Positions 9,079-19,574 of a stretch of DNA of 64,000 nucleotides are shown in pieces; the first letter of the stretch is position 1; each line of letters begins with the position of its first letter. The DNA comes from Candidatus Bathyarchaeota archaeon (GTDB lineage Archaea; Thermoproteota; Bathyarchaeia; Bathyarchaeales; Bathycorpusculaceae), in the NCBI GenBank assembly GCA_963770935.1, contig CAVYRJ010000008.1, forward strand, positions 192,001 through 256,000, written 5' to 3'. The notes beneath the pieces were generated by a model. That model saw nothing but the letters and a program-made list of their open reading frames with translations. It had not been told where the DNA came from and ran no database searches. A program made the position numbers and the translations under genes.

Positions 9079-10086
9079 ATGCCAACTAGCTCCCTTACCC
9101 AGAATGCGTTATGCATAATTCAAGGTAAGGGTCATTCTGCGATATCTCAAGCTTGCCAAAAAATATTCCAAAAACAATATGATAGAGGAATAATGCGTGA
9201 AGCATTACACTATTATGCGAAAATGGTTCTTCCAAATGTTCTGCCGATTTTTCCAGCTCTAGGTTACTTATCTAGCAAAGCCGTGGGCATGGTCCCCGAA
9301 AACTACAACTCGGTAGCAAGGGCTATGGTGCTTATAACATCCTCAGGAGATATCCACGATGACATCGTTGACAATTCAAGGAAAAAGTTTGGACGAAAAA
9401 CGGTTTTTGGCAAATTCGGGAAAGATATTGCTATTTTGGCAGGCGATGTATTGCTTATTCAGGGAACAGCAGACCTTCAAAGCGAATGCTACAACCTGTC
9501 AAGCAGGCACAGAAAGGCCATAGTGGATTTGGTTGCTGCCTCGATGTTCGAAATCGTGACAGCTGAAGCACTAGAGATTTCCTTGTGTGATAAAGTTAAT
9601 GCGTCTCCAGAGGAGTATTTTGAGGTCATCAGAATGAAAGGTAGTGTTGGAGAGCTTCATTGCAAAATCGGTGCAATAATCGGTGGCGGAAGTCAAGAAG
9701 CGATCGATGACTTAGGACATTATGGCAGGGTAATCGGGATCTTGTCGACTCTGAAAGAGGAATTTGTTGATATGACAATGTTGGAAGAGTTTAAGCACCG
9801 AATCAAGTACGAATTACCGCCATATCCCATGCTTTGTGCCATGAAGAATAAAGCTCTGAAAAAAAAAATTGTTGGCATCACCGAGGGGCCCAAGTTTTTA
9901 GAGAATGATTTGCAGGCAATTGAGGAAATGGTACTAGGTTCGATAGAAGTAAAAAGGCTCATAGCCGAATTTAGGGACTTAGGCAGAAAAGAATTGACTA
10001 CAAACTTGTTGTTAAAAGAAAATAAAAGAGCAAGTGAGTTGTCGTTTATACTTGAGGCTTTGACAGTTGAATTGTCGCTTGTTTAG
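9079..10086 (+). CDS. Isoprenyl diphosphate synthase-fold protein B (paralogue of A) with degenerate motifs; candidate ComQ-like prenyltransferase
   Basis: IHDDIVD and AILAGD intact; NSRKKFGRKT instead of RRG, AEALE instead of GQxxD, second motif LKEEFVD, no GKRxR. Confidence 0.85.
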   Translation: MPTSSLTQNALCIIQGKGHSAISQACQKIFQKQYDRGIMREALHYYAKMVLPNVLPIFPALGYLSSKAVGMVPENYNSVARAMVLITSSGDIHDDIVDNSRKKFGRKTVFGKFGKDIAILAGDVLLIQGTADLQSECYNLSSRHRKAIVDLVAASMFEIVTAEALEISLCDKVNASPEEYFEVIRMKGSVGELHCKIGAIIGGGSQEAIDDLGHYGRVIGILSTLKEEFVDMTMLEEFKHRIKYELPPYPMLCAMKNKALKKKIVGITEGPKFLENDLQAIEEMVLGSIEVKRLIAEFRDLGRKELTTNLLLKENKRASELSFILEALTVELSLV

Positions 10087-10188
10087 CTATTTATCTTGAA
10101 TATGGATTCAATCACTGATGTATTATTTCTTAATGTTTAATAATACTTACACTTATCGTTATCCTGTGCACCCAAAACGCTAAGAATA

Positions 10189-11536
10189 ATCGGTAAAAAA
10201 ATATCGTCAATCTCAAAAGAAACGTTAGTAAGCACTTTTTTAGTAGCGAACGCTTTTGTTTGGTATCTTTGCGGATTCGGGTATTTGCAAGACATAACAA
10301 GTACGAATTTTAGCGGTAATTCACTACTATTAATGGTTAGCGGCAATTTCGTCAGCTTGGTTTTATCTGCCTTTGCTTCTTCCCTTTTAACAAGCAAATT
10401 CAAGCATAGATTAAATTTTCTCAAATATTGGAGTATTGCAGGTGCATCACTTTCAATCATTTTCGCTATCATAAACCTGCAAGAGCTTACAAATATAATA
10501 GCAATTGCAATCATAATTGGTTCGTACTTCGGTATAGGAATGCCCGTTTGCATGGGCTACTACGCAAATTCAACTAAGCCTCAAAACCGAGCAAAACTAA
10601 GTGGAATCATAATACTTTTTATAGGAATAGGTTATCCAGCTATCTCTATAATTGGAAACAATGCACCGCTCTTTTTAGCCGCCACTTTGGCGGTATGGCG
10701 AATCTCGAGTTTATTTCTTATTCGATATATTAAGCCCGCTGAGCAACAAGAAGAGTCAAAACAGAGGGTTACTTACCGGTCAATAATTACAAACAAGAGT
10801 TTTGTTCTCTATGCTCTCCCATGGCTAATGTTTTCTCTCATAAACGACCTGACAATGCAGTTGAATACTAGCTGACTTTAGTAGCAGTACATTTCCCCAG
10901 GCTTTTGGAAATAACTTTCTGCTTATAGAAATGGTCTTAGCTGGGGCTTCAGCAATTATTTGTGGGCTTTTAGCTGATAGGAAAGGTCGAAAACGATTGG
11001 CATTGATCGGCTTTGTACTTTTAGGCGTTGGGTATGCTTCTTTAGGGATTTTTACCGGCAACTACCTTGCAGCCTGGTTTTATGTATGTGTTGACGGTAT
11101 CGCGTGGGGTGCTTTTTCAATGTTGTTTTTAGTAACTCTCTGGGGGGATATTGCTCAGGGAAAAAGCGCTGAGAAATATTATGTTCTTGGAGTCCTTCCA
11201 TATTTGTTTTCAAACCTAGCTCGCGTTTTAGCTGGAACTTACATATCAGCTAATATGATAGAGGGAACGGCTTTCTCGTTTGCCAGCTTCTTTCTATTCA
11301 TTGCAATACTGCCTATAGCATTTGCTCCAGAGACCTTGTCTGAAAAAATAATAAAGAAACTAGACCTCAATAGCTATGTCAACCAAGCATTGGAGAAAGC
11401 AAAGAAAAAGAATGCAAAAAATGTGGAGCCAGGTCAAAGAGTTGTATCACAGAATGAAATGACAAGCAATGATGAAGCCGATGATACGTCAAAAGAGTAC
11501 GAAGAAGCAAAGAAGTTGGCGGAAAAATACTATTAA
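10189..11536 (+). CDS. MFS-type transporter B (paralogue of A); +1 frameshift at ~10873; no canonical start codon
   Basis: ORFs 10285-10875 and 10931-11536 join; frame is open upstream to IIGKKISSISKETLVSTFLVANAFVWY, matching IMGK...SAFLIVNALVWY of A; tail YEEAKKLAEKYY. Confidence 0.8.
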
Positions 11537-11561
11537 GTCGGACGTTTGTTGATATGGTTTC

Positions 11562-12693
11562 ATGTTCTTTCACGTGATACTTACCAGTGACTGCAATTTG
11601 CAGTGCAAGTACTGTTTTGGCGAGAGCCTTGATGACTTTGACGAAGAATTCGGCGACGATATAGAAGTCGACTACGATTTGCCACGCAACCTCAGCTATG
11701 ATTTAGAGCCTCTGAACAAGTTCTGCCGACAAGACCCTAATTGTGTTTTGACCTTCTATGGTGGAGAACCCCTGCTGCAGATGGATAAACTTAGGCAAAT
11801 TATGAATAAAGTGACCCCTAAACATTATATGATGCAAACAAACGGTTTACTTCTTGACAAACTTGAACCAAAATATGTTAACCGTTTCCACACTATCCTT
11901 GTCTCGATTGATGGGCAAGAAGACCTGACGGATGCTTATCGAGGAGCAGGAACTTACCGGAAAGTCATCGAGAACCTAAAATTAATCAAGAAAAACGGAT
12001 TTAAGGGAGAATTAATTGCTCGCATGACCATAATGGAGCAAACCGACATAGAAAAACAAGTCAAATATCTCTTGAACAACCCGGATTTTTCGTTTACCTC
12101 GATTCATTGGCAACTTAACGCTGGTTTCTGGGGCAATGACTATCAAAGGCGCAACTTTGAGGAGTGGACCAAAACCAGCTACATTCCAGGGGTTGAAAGG
12201 CTGGTGCATTTTTGGGTTGACCAAATCCAAGATAAGGGCACTGTGCTTAAACTATACCCAATTTTGGGCATAGCAAACTCGCTTTTGCATGAAGAGAAAA
12301 AATGCCTGATGCGTTGCGGAGGCGGCTGGATAAACTACGCTATCCAAACTGACGGCTACATTATTCCTTGCCCAACCATGTGGGGGATGAAGGAATACTA
12401 TCTTGGGCATATAAAAGATGCCGACCCTCTAAAACTTGAGACGAATTTTCGTAGACGAGAAACCTTGTGTGGACTGCAAAAATCTGGATATTTGCGGGGG
12501 AAGATGCCTATACACTAATATAACCAAAAGATGGAGCGATGATGCTTACAATAAAGTTTGCAACACGGTGGAACAATTAATCAAAGCAGTAGAATGCGAA
12601 GTCCCACGCATCCGAAGGTTGATCAGTAAGGGAAAAGTTGGGATAGATGACTTTGATTATGTAAAATATAATGGTGCTGAAATCATACCTTAG
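11562..12693 (+). CDS. Radical SAM/SPASM protein, resembling the AF0577 (TIGR04084) putative peptide-modifying family; frameshift at ~12435
   Basis: CNLQCKYC, FYGGEP, CGGG...DGYIIPCP, and in the second frame CVDCKNLDICGGRC...C; ends YNGAEIIP. Confidence 0.88.
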
Positions 12694-12854
12694 AGTTGTT
12701 TGTATACAACATTTTTTTTCTCTTTCCCATTGAATTGTTTATTCGATGTTTTGTCTGATTTCTGCCCGATGGATTTCTTTAGTGTCAATCTGAATGGAAT
12801 TGACGGGCTGGTCAAAATTTATTATGAGTCCTTTGGAATTGGTATTCGAATTCT

Positions 12855-13448
12855 TTATTTTGAAAGCAGGAAAAGTCCGACTTCACCGAAAAGGTTGGGC
12901 AAAACCGAAACCTCCTTGTCCTTAGAGATGAAAACCGCTTTTTCGATACATATCCCACTTTTTTTGCAATATTCTTTGAAGTCAGCGATGCTTAGAAAGT
13001 GTAAGTTAGGAGTATCATACCACTCATAAGGCAGAGATGGGGTAACTGGGACTTTTCCGCGGAAGAAAATCTGGAAGCGATCAGTGATATAGCAAAAATT
13101 TGGGAAACCAACGATTACTTTTTTGCCGACACGCAAGGCCTCTTTTATCGCAAAATCAGGTTTCTTGACTTGTTGTAATGTTTGGTTTAGGATAACGTAG
13201 TCTACGCTTTTGTCAGCGTATTCGGTTAATCCAGTGTCGATGTCTTGCTGGAACACGCTTAAGCCTGCTGCTACGCAGTTGTGGATGGCTTGTTCGCTGA
13301 GTTCCACGCCTTGTGCATGCACTTGCTTGTTGCGGATCAGCAAATTGAGAAGTTCGCCGTCGCCGCATCCCAAATCCAAAACGGATGCTCCGCTGCTAAT
13401 CCAGCTTGAAATGACTTTGTGCTCAATTACATGGGTTTGCTTTGTCAT
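12855..13448 (-). CDS. metW: Methionine biosynthesis protein MetW
   Basis: [29 protein letters not shown]; overlaps metX stop. Confidence 0.93.
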   Translation of the reverse strand: MTKQTHVIEHKVISSWISSGASVLDLGCGDGELLNLLIRNKQVHAQGVELSEQAIHNCVAAGLSVFQQDIDTGLTEYADKSVDYVILNQTLQQVKKPDFAIKEALRVGKKVIVGFPNFCYITDRFQIFFRGKVPVTPSLPYEWYDTPNLHFLSIADFKEYCKKSGICIEKAVFISKDKEVSVLPNLFGEVGLFLLSK

Positions 13449-14585
13449 GTACGACCGCCATTTTTGTTTCCATTGGATACAGCTGTCAAAAAGCCCCCGA
13501 TAAGTTGCGTTTCCTGCTCTGTTTCCAACAGGAAAGAGTCATGGCCATAAGTGCTGTTTATTTCGCAGTAGCTTGCCTCTACGCCTGCTAGTTTGCATGC
13601 TTTAACGATTTCTTGGCTTTGGTAGGCTGGGTAGAGCCAGTCAGACTTGAAAGCCAGAACGAGAACTTTTGCCTTTAATCCTTTAAAGACATTGCCTAAA
13701 GCATGGCCGTTGAGAACGTTAAAGTTGTCGATGGCTTTAGTGATGTAGAGATAACTGTTGGCATCGAACCGTTTGACAAAGTTGTCTCCTCTGTAGCGAA
13801 GGTACCCTTCGACTTCGAAGTCTGCGCTGAACTTGAAAGGTTCCTTATCAGCTCTGGTTTTTCTGCCAAACTTTTCAGTCATTGAAGTGTCGCTCATATA
13901 AGTAATGTGTCCAATCATTCGGGCAACGGCTAAACCTTTTGAGGGAGGTTTTGAACCGTAATATTCGCCATTTTTCCAGTCAGGATCTGACATCACAGCT
14001 TGTCGCCCAACCTCGTTGAATGCTATTTGCTGAGGGGTATGTTTCAGCGCCGTTGCAATTGGAATTGCTGAACATATCCATTCGGGATATGAAACCATCC
14101 ATTGCAGCACTTGCATTCCACCCATGGAACCGCCGATAACCGCCAATAACTTCTTGATACCCAAGTGATCAATGAGTTGTTTTTGTGCTTCAACCATGTC
14201 GCCGACGCTAACAAGTGGGAAACTTAGACCGTAAGGCTTTCCTGTTTTATGATCAATTGAAGATGGACCTGTCGAGCCCTTGCAGCCTCCGATAACGTTG
14301 CTGCATATTACAAAGTACTTGTCTGTGTCAATGCCTTTGCCTTGACCTATTAGGTTTCCCCACCAGCCATCGGGTCCAGCAGCATGGGCGTCTCCGCTGA
14401 GTGCATGAAGAACAAGAATTGCGTTTGATTTTTGCGCATTCAATTTGCCGTATGTTTCGTAGGCAAGCGTAATTGGACCTAATTTTTCACCCGATTCCAA
14501 CGTTAACTCATCAGGGGGTTGGGCGAAAGTATAAGTTTTGTGTTTGGCTGGTTTTTTCGTTGGTTATTAGCTTGTTTGCCTCCAT
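13445..14585 (-). CDS. metX: Homoserine O-acetyltransferase; frameshift near the 5' end (A-run ~14555)
   Basis: [20 protein letters not shown]; upstream [19 protein letters not shown] connects to ATG 14585 only through a frameshift. Confidence 0.93.
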
Positions 14586-14605
14586 AAAGAAAAAAGTTGT
14601 TTGTT

Positions 14606-15925
<1,320 letters not shown>

Positions 15926-15945
15926 TTAGCGGAACAATAAAATGC

Positions 15946-15975
15946 ATAACGGCGTTATATGGGTTCTTGCAAGAA
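15946..15975. promoter_or_regulatory. Two palindromes in the divergent metY / HTH-CBS promoter
   Basis: ATAACG-G-CGTTAT (15946-15958) and TTCTTGCAAGAA (15964-15975). Confidence 0.4.
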
Positions 15976-16019
15976 ATATTCCAAAAAGAATATTAGCCCA
16001 TCAGACCAACTACTAAAAC

Positions 16020-16574
16020 ATGTTCCCGCCAATAGAAGACATCGCCAAACGCCGAAGACAACTAGGTCTAAAACAGTCACAGCTAGCCAAAATGGCAGAA
16101 GTCAGCCAATCCCTAATCGCCAAACTCGAAGCTGGAACCATCGACTCATCCTACACCAAAGTAAAAACAATTTTCGATGTGCTAGAACGCATAGAATTTA
16201 AAACCAAAGTTCAAGCAGAAAAACTAGTTCACAGCGAAGTTTTTAGTGTCCAAAAAAAGGACCCAATTTCCGAAGTGGTAAAAGTAATGAAGGAACATGG
16301 CTATTCACAAATCCCGGTTTTTGATGGAAAACAATCTGTGGGCAGCATCTCAGAGAAGACTATTTTGCGACAAATTCTTTCAGGAAAAGACTTGGAGCAA
16401 ATCTCCAAATTGCCAACTGAAGACATCATGGAGGAAGCGTTTCCACAGATAAATGAAGATGCACCGTTGTCATTGATTACTAGTCTTTTGCAGACTTACT
16501 CAGCTGTTTTAGTGTCTAAAAAAGGCGTTGTGATAGGCATCATTACGAAGGCAGACTTGCTGAGAATGCTTTAG
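16020..16574 (+). CDS. XRE-type HTH plus CBS-pair transcriptional regulator
   Basis: LKQSQLAKMAEVSQSLIAKLEAG HTH; YSQIPV and GIITKADL CBS motifs. Confidence 0.9.
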   Translation: MFPPIEDIAKRRRQLGLKQSQLAKMAEVSQSLIAKLEAGTIDSSYTKVKTIFDVLERIEFKTKVQAEKLVHSEVFSVQKKDPISEVVKVMKEHGYSQIPVFDGKQSVGSISEKTILRQILSGKDLEQISKLPTEDIMEEAFPQINEDAPLSLITSLLQTYSAVLVSKKGVVIGIITKADLLRML

Positions 16575-17172
16575 ATTACTATTCTTCGCAGCTAAACTAC
16601 TCATGGTGTTTAAGCATCTTATTGGTTCTATGATTGGCTCTGTTTTTTTTAATAAATGAGGGATGTGCACAATTATTTTTTTTCTTAGAGCGTTTGATTG
16701 GGTATGATTGTTTCTGGGCATCCAGAATTCAAAGGTGAAAACAAAAAAGTTGGAGCAAGAAGATGATGGAGAATTTGCCGGCTAAAGGTCGAAGGGTTGG
16801 TGGAGTATTTGTTGTTTGATGAAGAAAACCAGTTGAATTGATATAGTGCAGAGCTTGTTTTGGGTTGATTTTCTTTTTTGGGGCTTGTTGCGTCAGCAGG
16901 TTGCGTCTGGATTCGTCACAAAACGTCTTAGAACGTCACAGAAAGGCTATAAAAGGCGGGTTGTTCTAATTACTAGCCATGAACGGCTAGCTGCGCAAAT
17001 AAGCCTAAGGATATTTTTTGTTGGTTTTCTGTGTCTTTTAGAAACGACTGTTTTGTTTACAACAATGCTGAAATGGTTCACAGCTTAAAAAAACAAAAAG
17101 GAGTTAACTAGATTTAGAAATATGCCCCCCCTCAACAAATGAAAATCATTACGCCTTCTCAACAATTTGGTG

Positions 17173-17544
17173 TCAAATGTAGTATTCAGGTTTTGGACTT
17201 TCAGACTCTACATCATATTTATTGCAAAAAGTCGAGCAGAGTTTACAAAAATCAAAGGTTACCTCGCCAACACCTATCTCTTTAATCACAATTTTTCTTG
17301 CTGTTTCAATTGCCATGGCTTGAATTTTAGGCAAATATTGCTCGACATGGTCGATCCCTTTGTAGGCACGTTTTGAACTTAGGTATTGGCTTACAGCAGC
17401 TTGAGTGGTGCCTAGTTTTTTAGCTGCTTCTGTTTGTGTAAGATGATGTTTCTGTACTAGTTCTTTGGCAAGAATTGACCTATATATTGGTAGGATGTAT
17501 TTGCCAACAATTTCGCATTGGGGATCCATCTTTATCGATTGCAT
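17173..17544 (-). CDS. Small archaeal HTH transcriptional regulator with Cys motif
   Basis: PQCEIV...LPIYRSILAKEL, TQTEAAKKLGTTQAAVSQYL, FCKLC. Confidence 0.85.
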   Translation of the reverse strand: MQSIKMDPQCEIVGKYILPIYRSILAKELVQKHHLTQTEAAKKLGTTQAAVSQYLSSKRAYKGIDHVEQYLPKIQAMAIETARKIVIKEIGVGEVTFDFCKLCSTFCNKYDVESESPKPEYYI

Positions 17545-17678
17545 ATAACACTCTTATACTAATAAATTCTTTCCGAAACATAGGTCGATTTTGCTTGCCT
17601 AAGCTTATGTCCAGATTGAGAACATCGAAGACGGCTATGCAGTTGTATCAAATGTAGTATTCAGGTTTTGGACTTTCA
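17173..17678. repeat. 31-bp perfect direct repeat (17173-17203 and 17648-17678)
   Basis: TCAAATGTAGTATTCAGGTTTTGGACTTTCA in both places; it is the 3' end (ESPKPEYYI*) of the HTH gene. Confidence 0.9.
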
Positions 17679-17806
17679 AACTGCTTACTTTTGCCATAAG
17701 ATAATAATGGAAAATAACAAAATTTAACTAACAGAAACGGGTTCTTTTGGAGTAGCACCAATCAGAGAATAGTTGTAATTCTCAATTGTTTACGAGATGA
17801 ACCCGT

Positions 17807-18536
17807 TTGGAAAACAAAAAAGCATCAGAAGCAAACAATAATTGCCAAGTACGGGTTCTTAGGAATGGCCCATACCTTGTTTCTGGAAACACCCCTTTGC
17901 TTCCAGCGACAATAATATGCGATCATGAAGGCATACCTGCTGATTGGGAAATAGGCAATAAACTAAAAACTACACAAACATACATTTTATGCCGCTGCGG
18001 ACAATCCAAGAGCAAGCCTTTCTGCGATGGAACACATGCAAAAGTGAATTTTATCGGAACCGAAACTAGCGATAACGAACCCTTTGATTTAATGGCTAAA
18101 GAAATTGAAGGTCCCACATTAAAACTAAAAGACGCTGAAATTCTATGCGCTTCTGCCAGATTTTGCCACCGGGGAGGAGACATTTGGCAACAAATTCCCC
18201 TATCAGACGACCCCCAGCTAAAACAAAACGCCACGAGAAATGCATGCGATTGCCCTTCCGGTCGGCTTGTAATCATCGATAAGAAAAATGGACAAAACAA
18301 TTGAGCCGTTGTTTGATAAATCAATCGGGTTAATAGAGGACCCCGCAAAGGGGGTTGATGGTCCACTTTGGGTTCGCGGTGCAATCCCCATATATTCGTC
18401 CGAGGGCAAACTCTACGAGGTTAGGAACCGCGTGACTCTTTGTCGTTGCGGAAAATCAACCAACAAGCCGTTTTGCGATAGCAGCCATTATCCAGAAGAA
18501 GACCGTGAGGTGATTGAAAATGAGCAAAAATATTAA
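17807..18536 (+). CDS. CDGSH iron-sulfur protein (two CDGSH domains flanking a ferredoxin-like domain); frameshift ~18292
   Basis: LCRCGQSKSKPFCDGTH, CASARFC...CPSGRL, LCRCGKSTNKPFCDSSH. Confidence 0.88.
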
Positions 18537-18855
18537 ACAGAAATCCAAACAAACTAAAGGCGATGTTGACGACGATTTAAAATCTAAGGAGAAAGCGTTT
18601 GTTCTCTTCTATGCTTCATGGTGTCCCTATTCTCAGCGGTTCCTGCCGATTTTTGAAGAATACGCAAAGAGCAACCCAAAAGAATGCATAACCGTAATGA
18701 TAGATGACAAGCCAGATGTATGCGAAAAATACGAAATAGAATACTACCCAACAGTGCTTCTCTTAAAAAAAGGAGCAGTAAAGAAGAGGCTTGATGCCAC
18801 GCCAGGATTAGGGTTAACTAAAAAGCAACTTAAAGAACTTACAGCTAACCCATAA
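18520..18855 (+). CDS. Thioredoxin-fold protein with CxxS site
   Basis: FYASWCPYS, YEIEYYPT; SD GAGGTGA before ATG 18520. Confidence 0.85.
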   Translation: MSKNIKQKSKQTKGDVDDDLKSKEKAFVLFYASWCPYSQRFLPIFEEYAKSNPKECITVMIDDKPDVCEKYEIEYYPTVLLLKKGAVKKRLDATPGLGLTKKQLKELTANP

Positions 18856-18885
18856 AAGCCTTTTTCTGTTGTTTTTTTTCCGCAT

Positions 18886-19236
18886 TTAACGCTTTGTTGT
18901 CTCAGGCACGGAGGTTTTGGCATATATAATGTTGCTGATTGAGTTTTGGTCGTTTTTTAAATCGTAGTTTTCGCATGCCCCCACTTTATCACTTTTTTCC
19001 TTACTCTGTTTTAGCTTGCACACGTGAATCAGCCTAAAACTCAGCTTTCTCAAGTTTTCTCCTGAGCGGAACCAAACATTGTATTGTCCCTGTTTTTCCT
19101 TGCTAATAGCGACTATGTCAGTCTGGAAATCGCCTGTTTTGTGGACGTACTCCTTGATTGTGCTGGTTTGCGGCACTATTATTTTGAGTTTTATTGTGTC
19201 ATATTTACAATCCCAGCAAATATTCGTATTATTCAT
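18886..19236 (-). CDS. Hypothetical protein (Cys-containing)
   Basis: 116-aa ATG ORF filling an otherwise empty gap, CWDC motif; no family recognised. Confidence 0.5.
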   Translation of the reverse strand: MNNTNICWDCKYDTIKLKIIVPQTSTIKEYVHKTGDFQTDIVAISKEKQGQYNVWFRSGENLRKLSFRLIHVCKLKQSKEKSDKVGACENYDLKNDQNSISNIIYAKTSVPETTKR

Positions 19237-19574
19237 GATACCTTACCGCTTTCTGGTTTAGGGCGATACCACAAATATCGTTTTTTGAAAAACTTAATTT
19301 ACTTACTTGTTAACCCTAGTTCACAAGTTAACACAAAGAAACGTGCTAACTTGTCAACTCGTCTTCGCTAAAACCAGTTCTCAACTTAACAAGAACGTAA
19401 AAACAACTTCCTAACATTTTTTCATTGTTTGGGCAGTAATTGCTGGTACTCGGTGTTGATGGCTACATGCTGTTTCAGATTAAAAGGTCACCCAATAAGA
19501 CAACTCTTTAATTGATGCCATATTTCTATTTAAATTGGTTAATCTTTTTTAGAAGCGCCTGTTTGTTTCTGGAT

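Noticed and set aside
6101-10086. Annotating the two enzymes as housekeeping GGPP synthases for membrane lipids
   Set aside because: IPP-binding and second Asp-rich motifs are missing in both, and no mevalonate/lipid genes are adjacent.
16575-17170. Short ORFs and a 6-bp hairpin (CTAGCC/GGCTAG) after the HTH-CBS gene
   Set aside because: No coding signal or family; the hairpin is too short to be meaningful.
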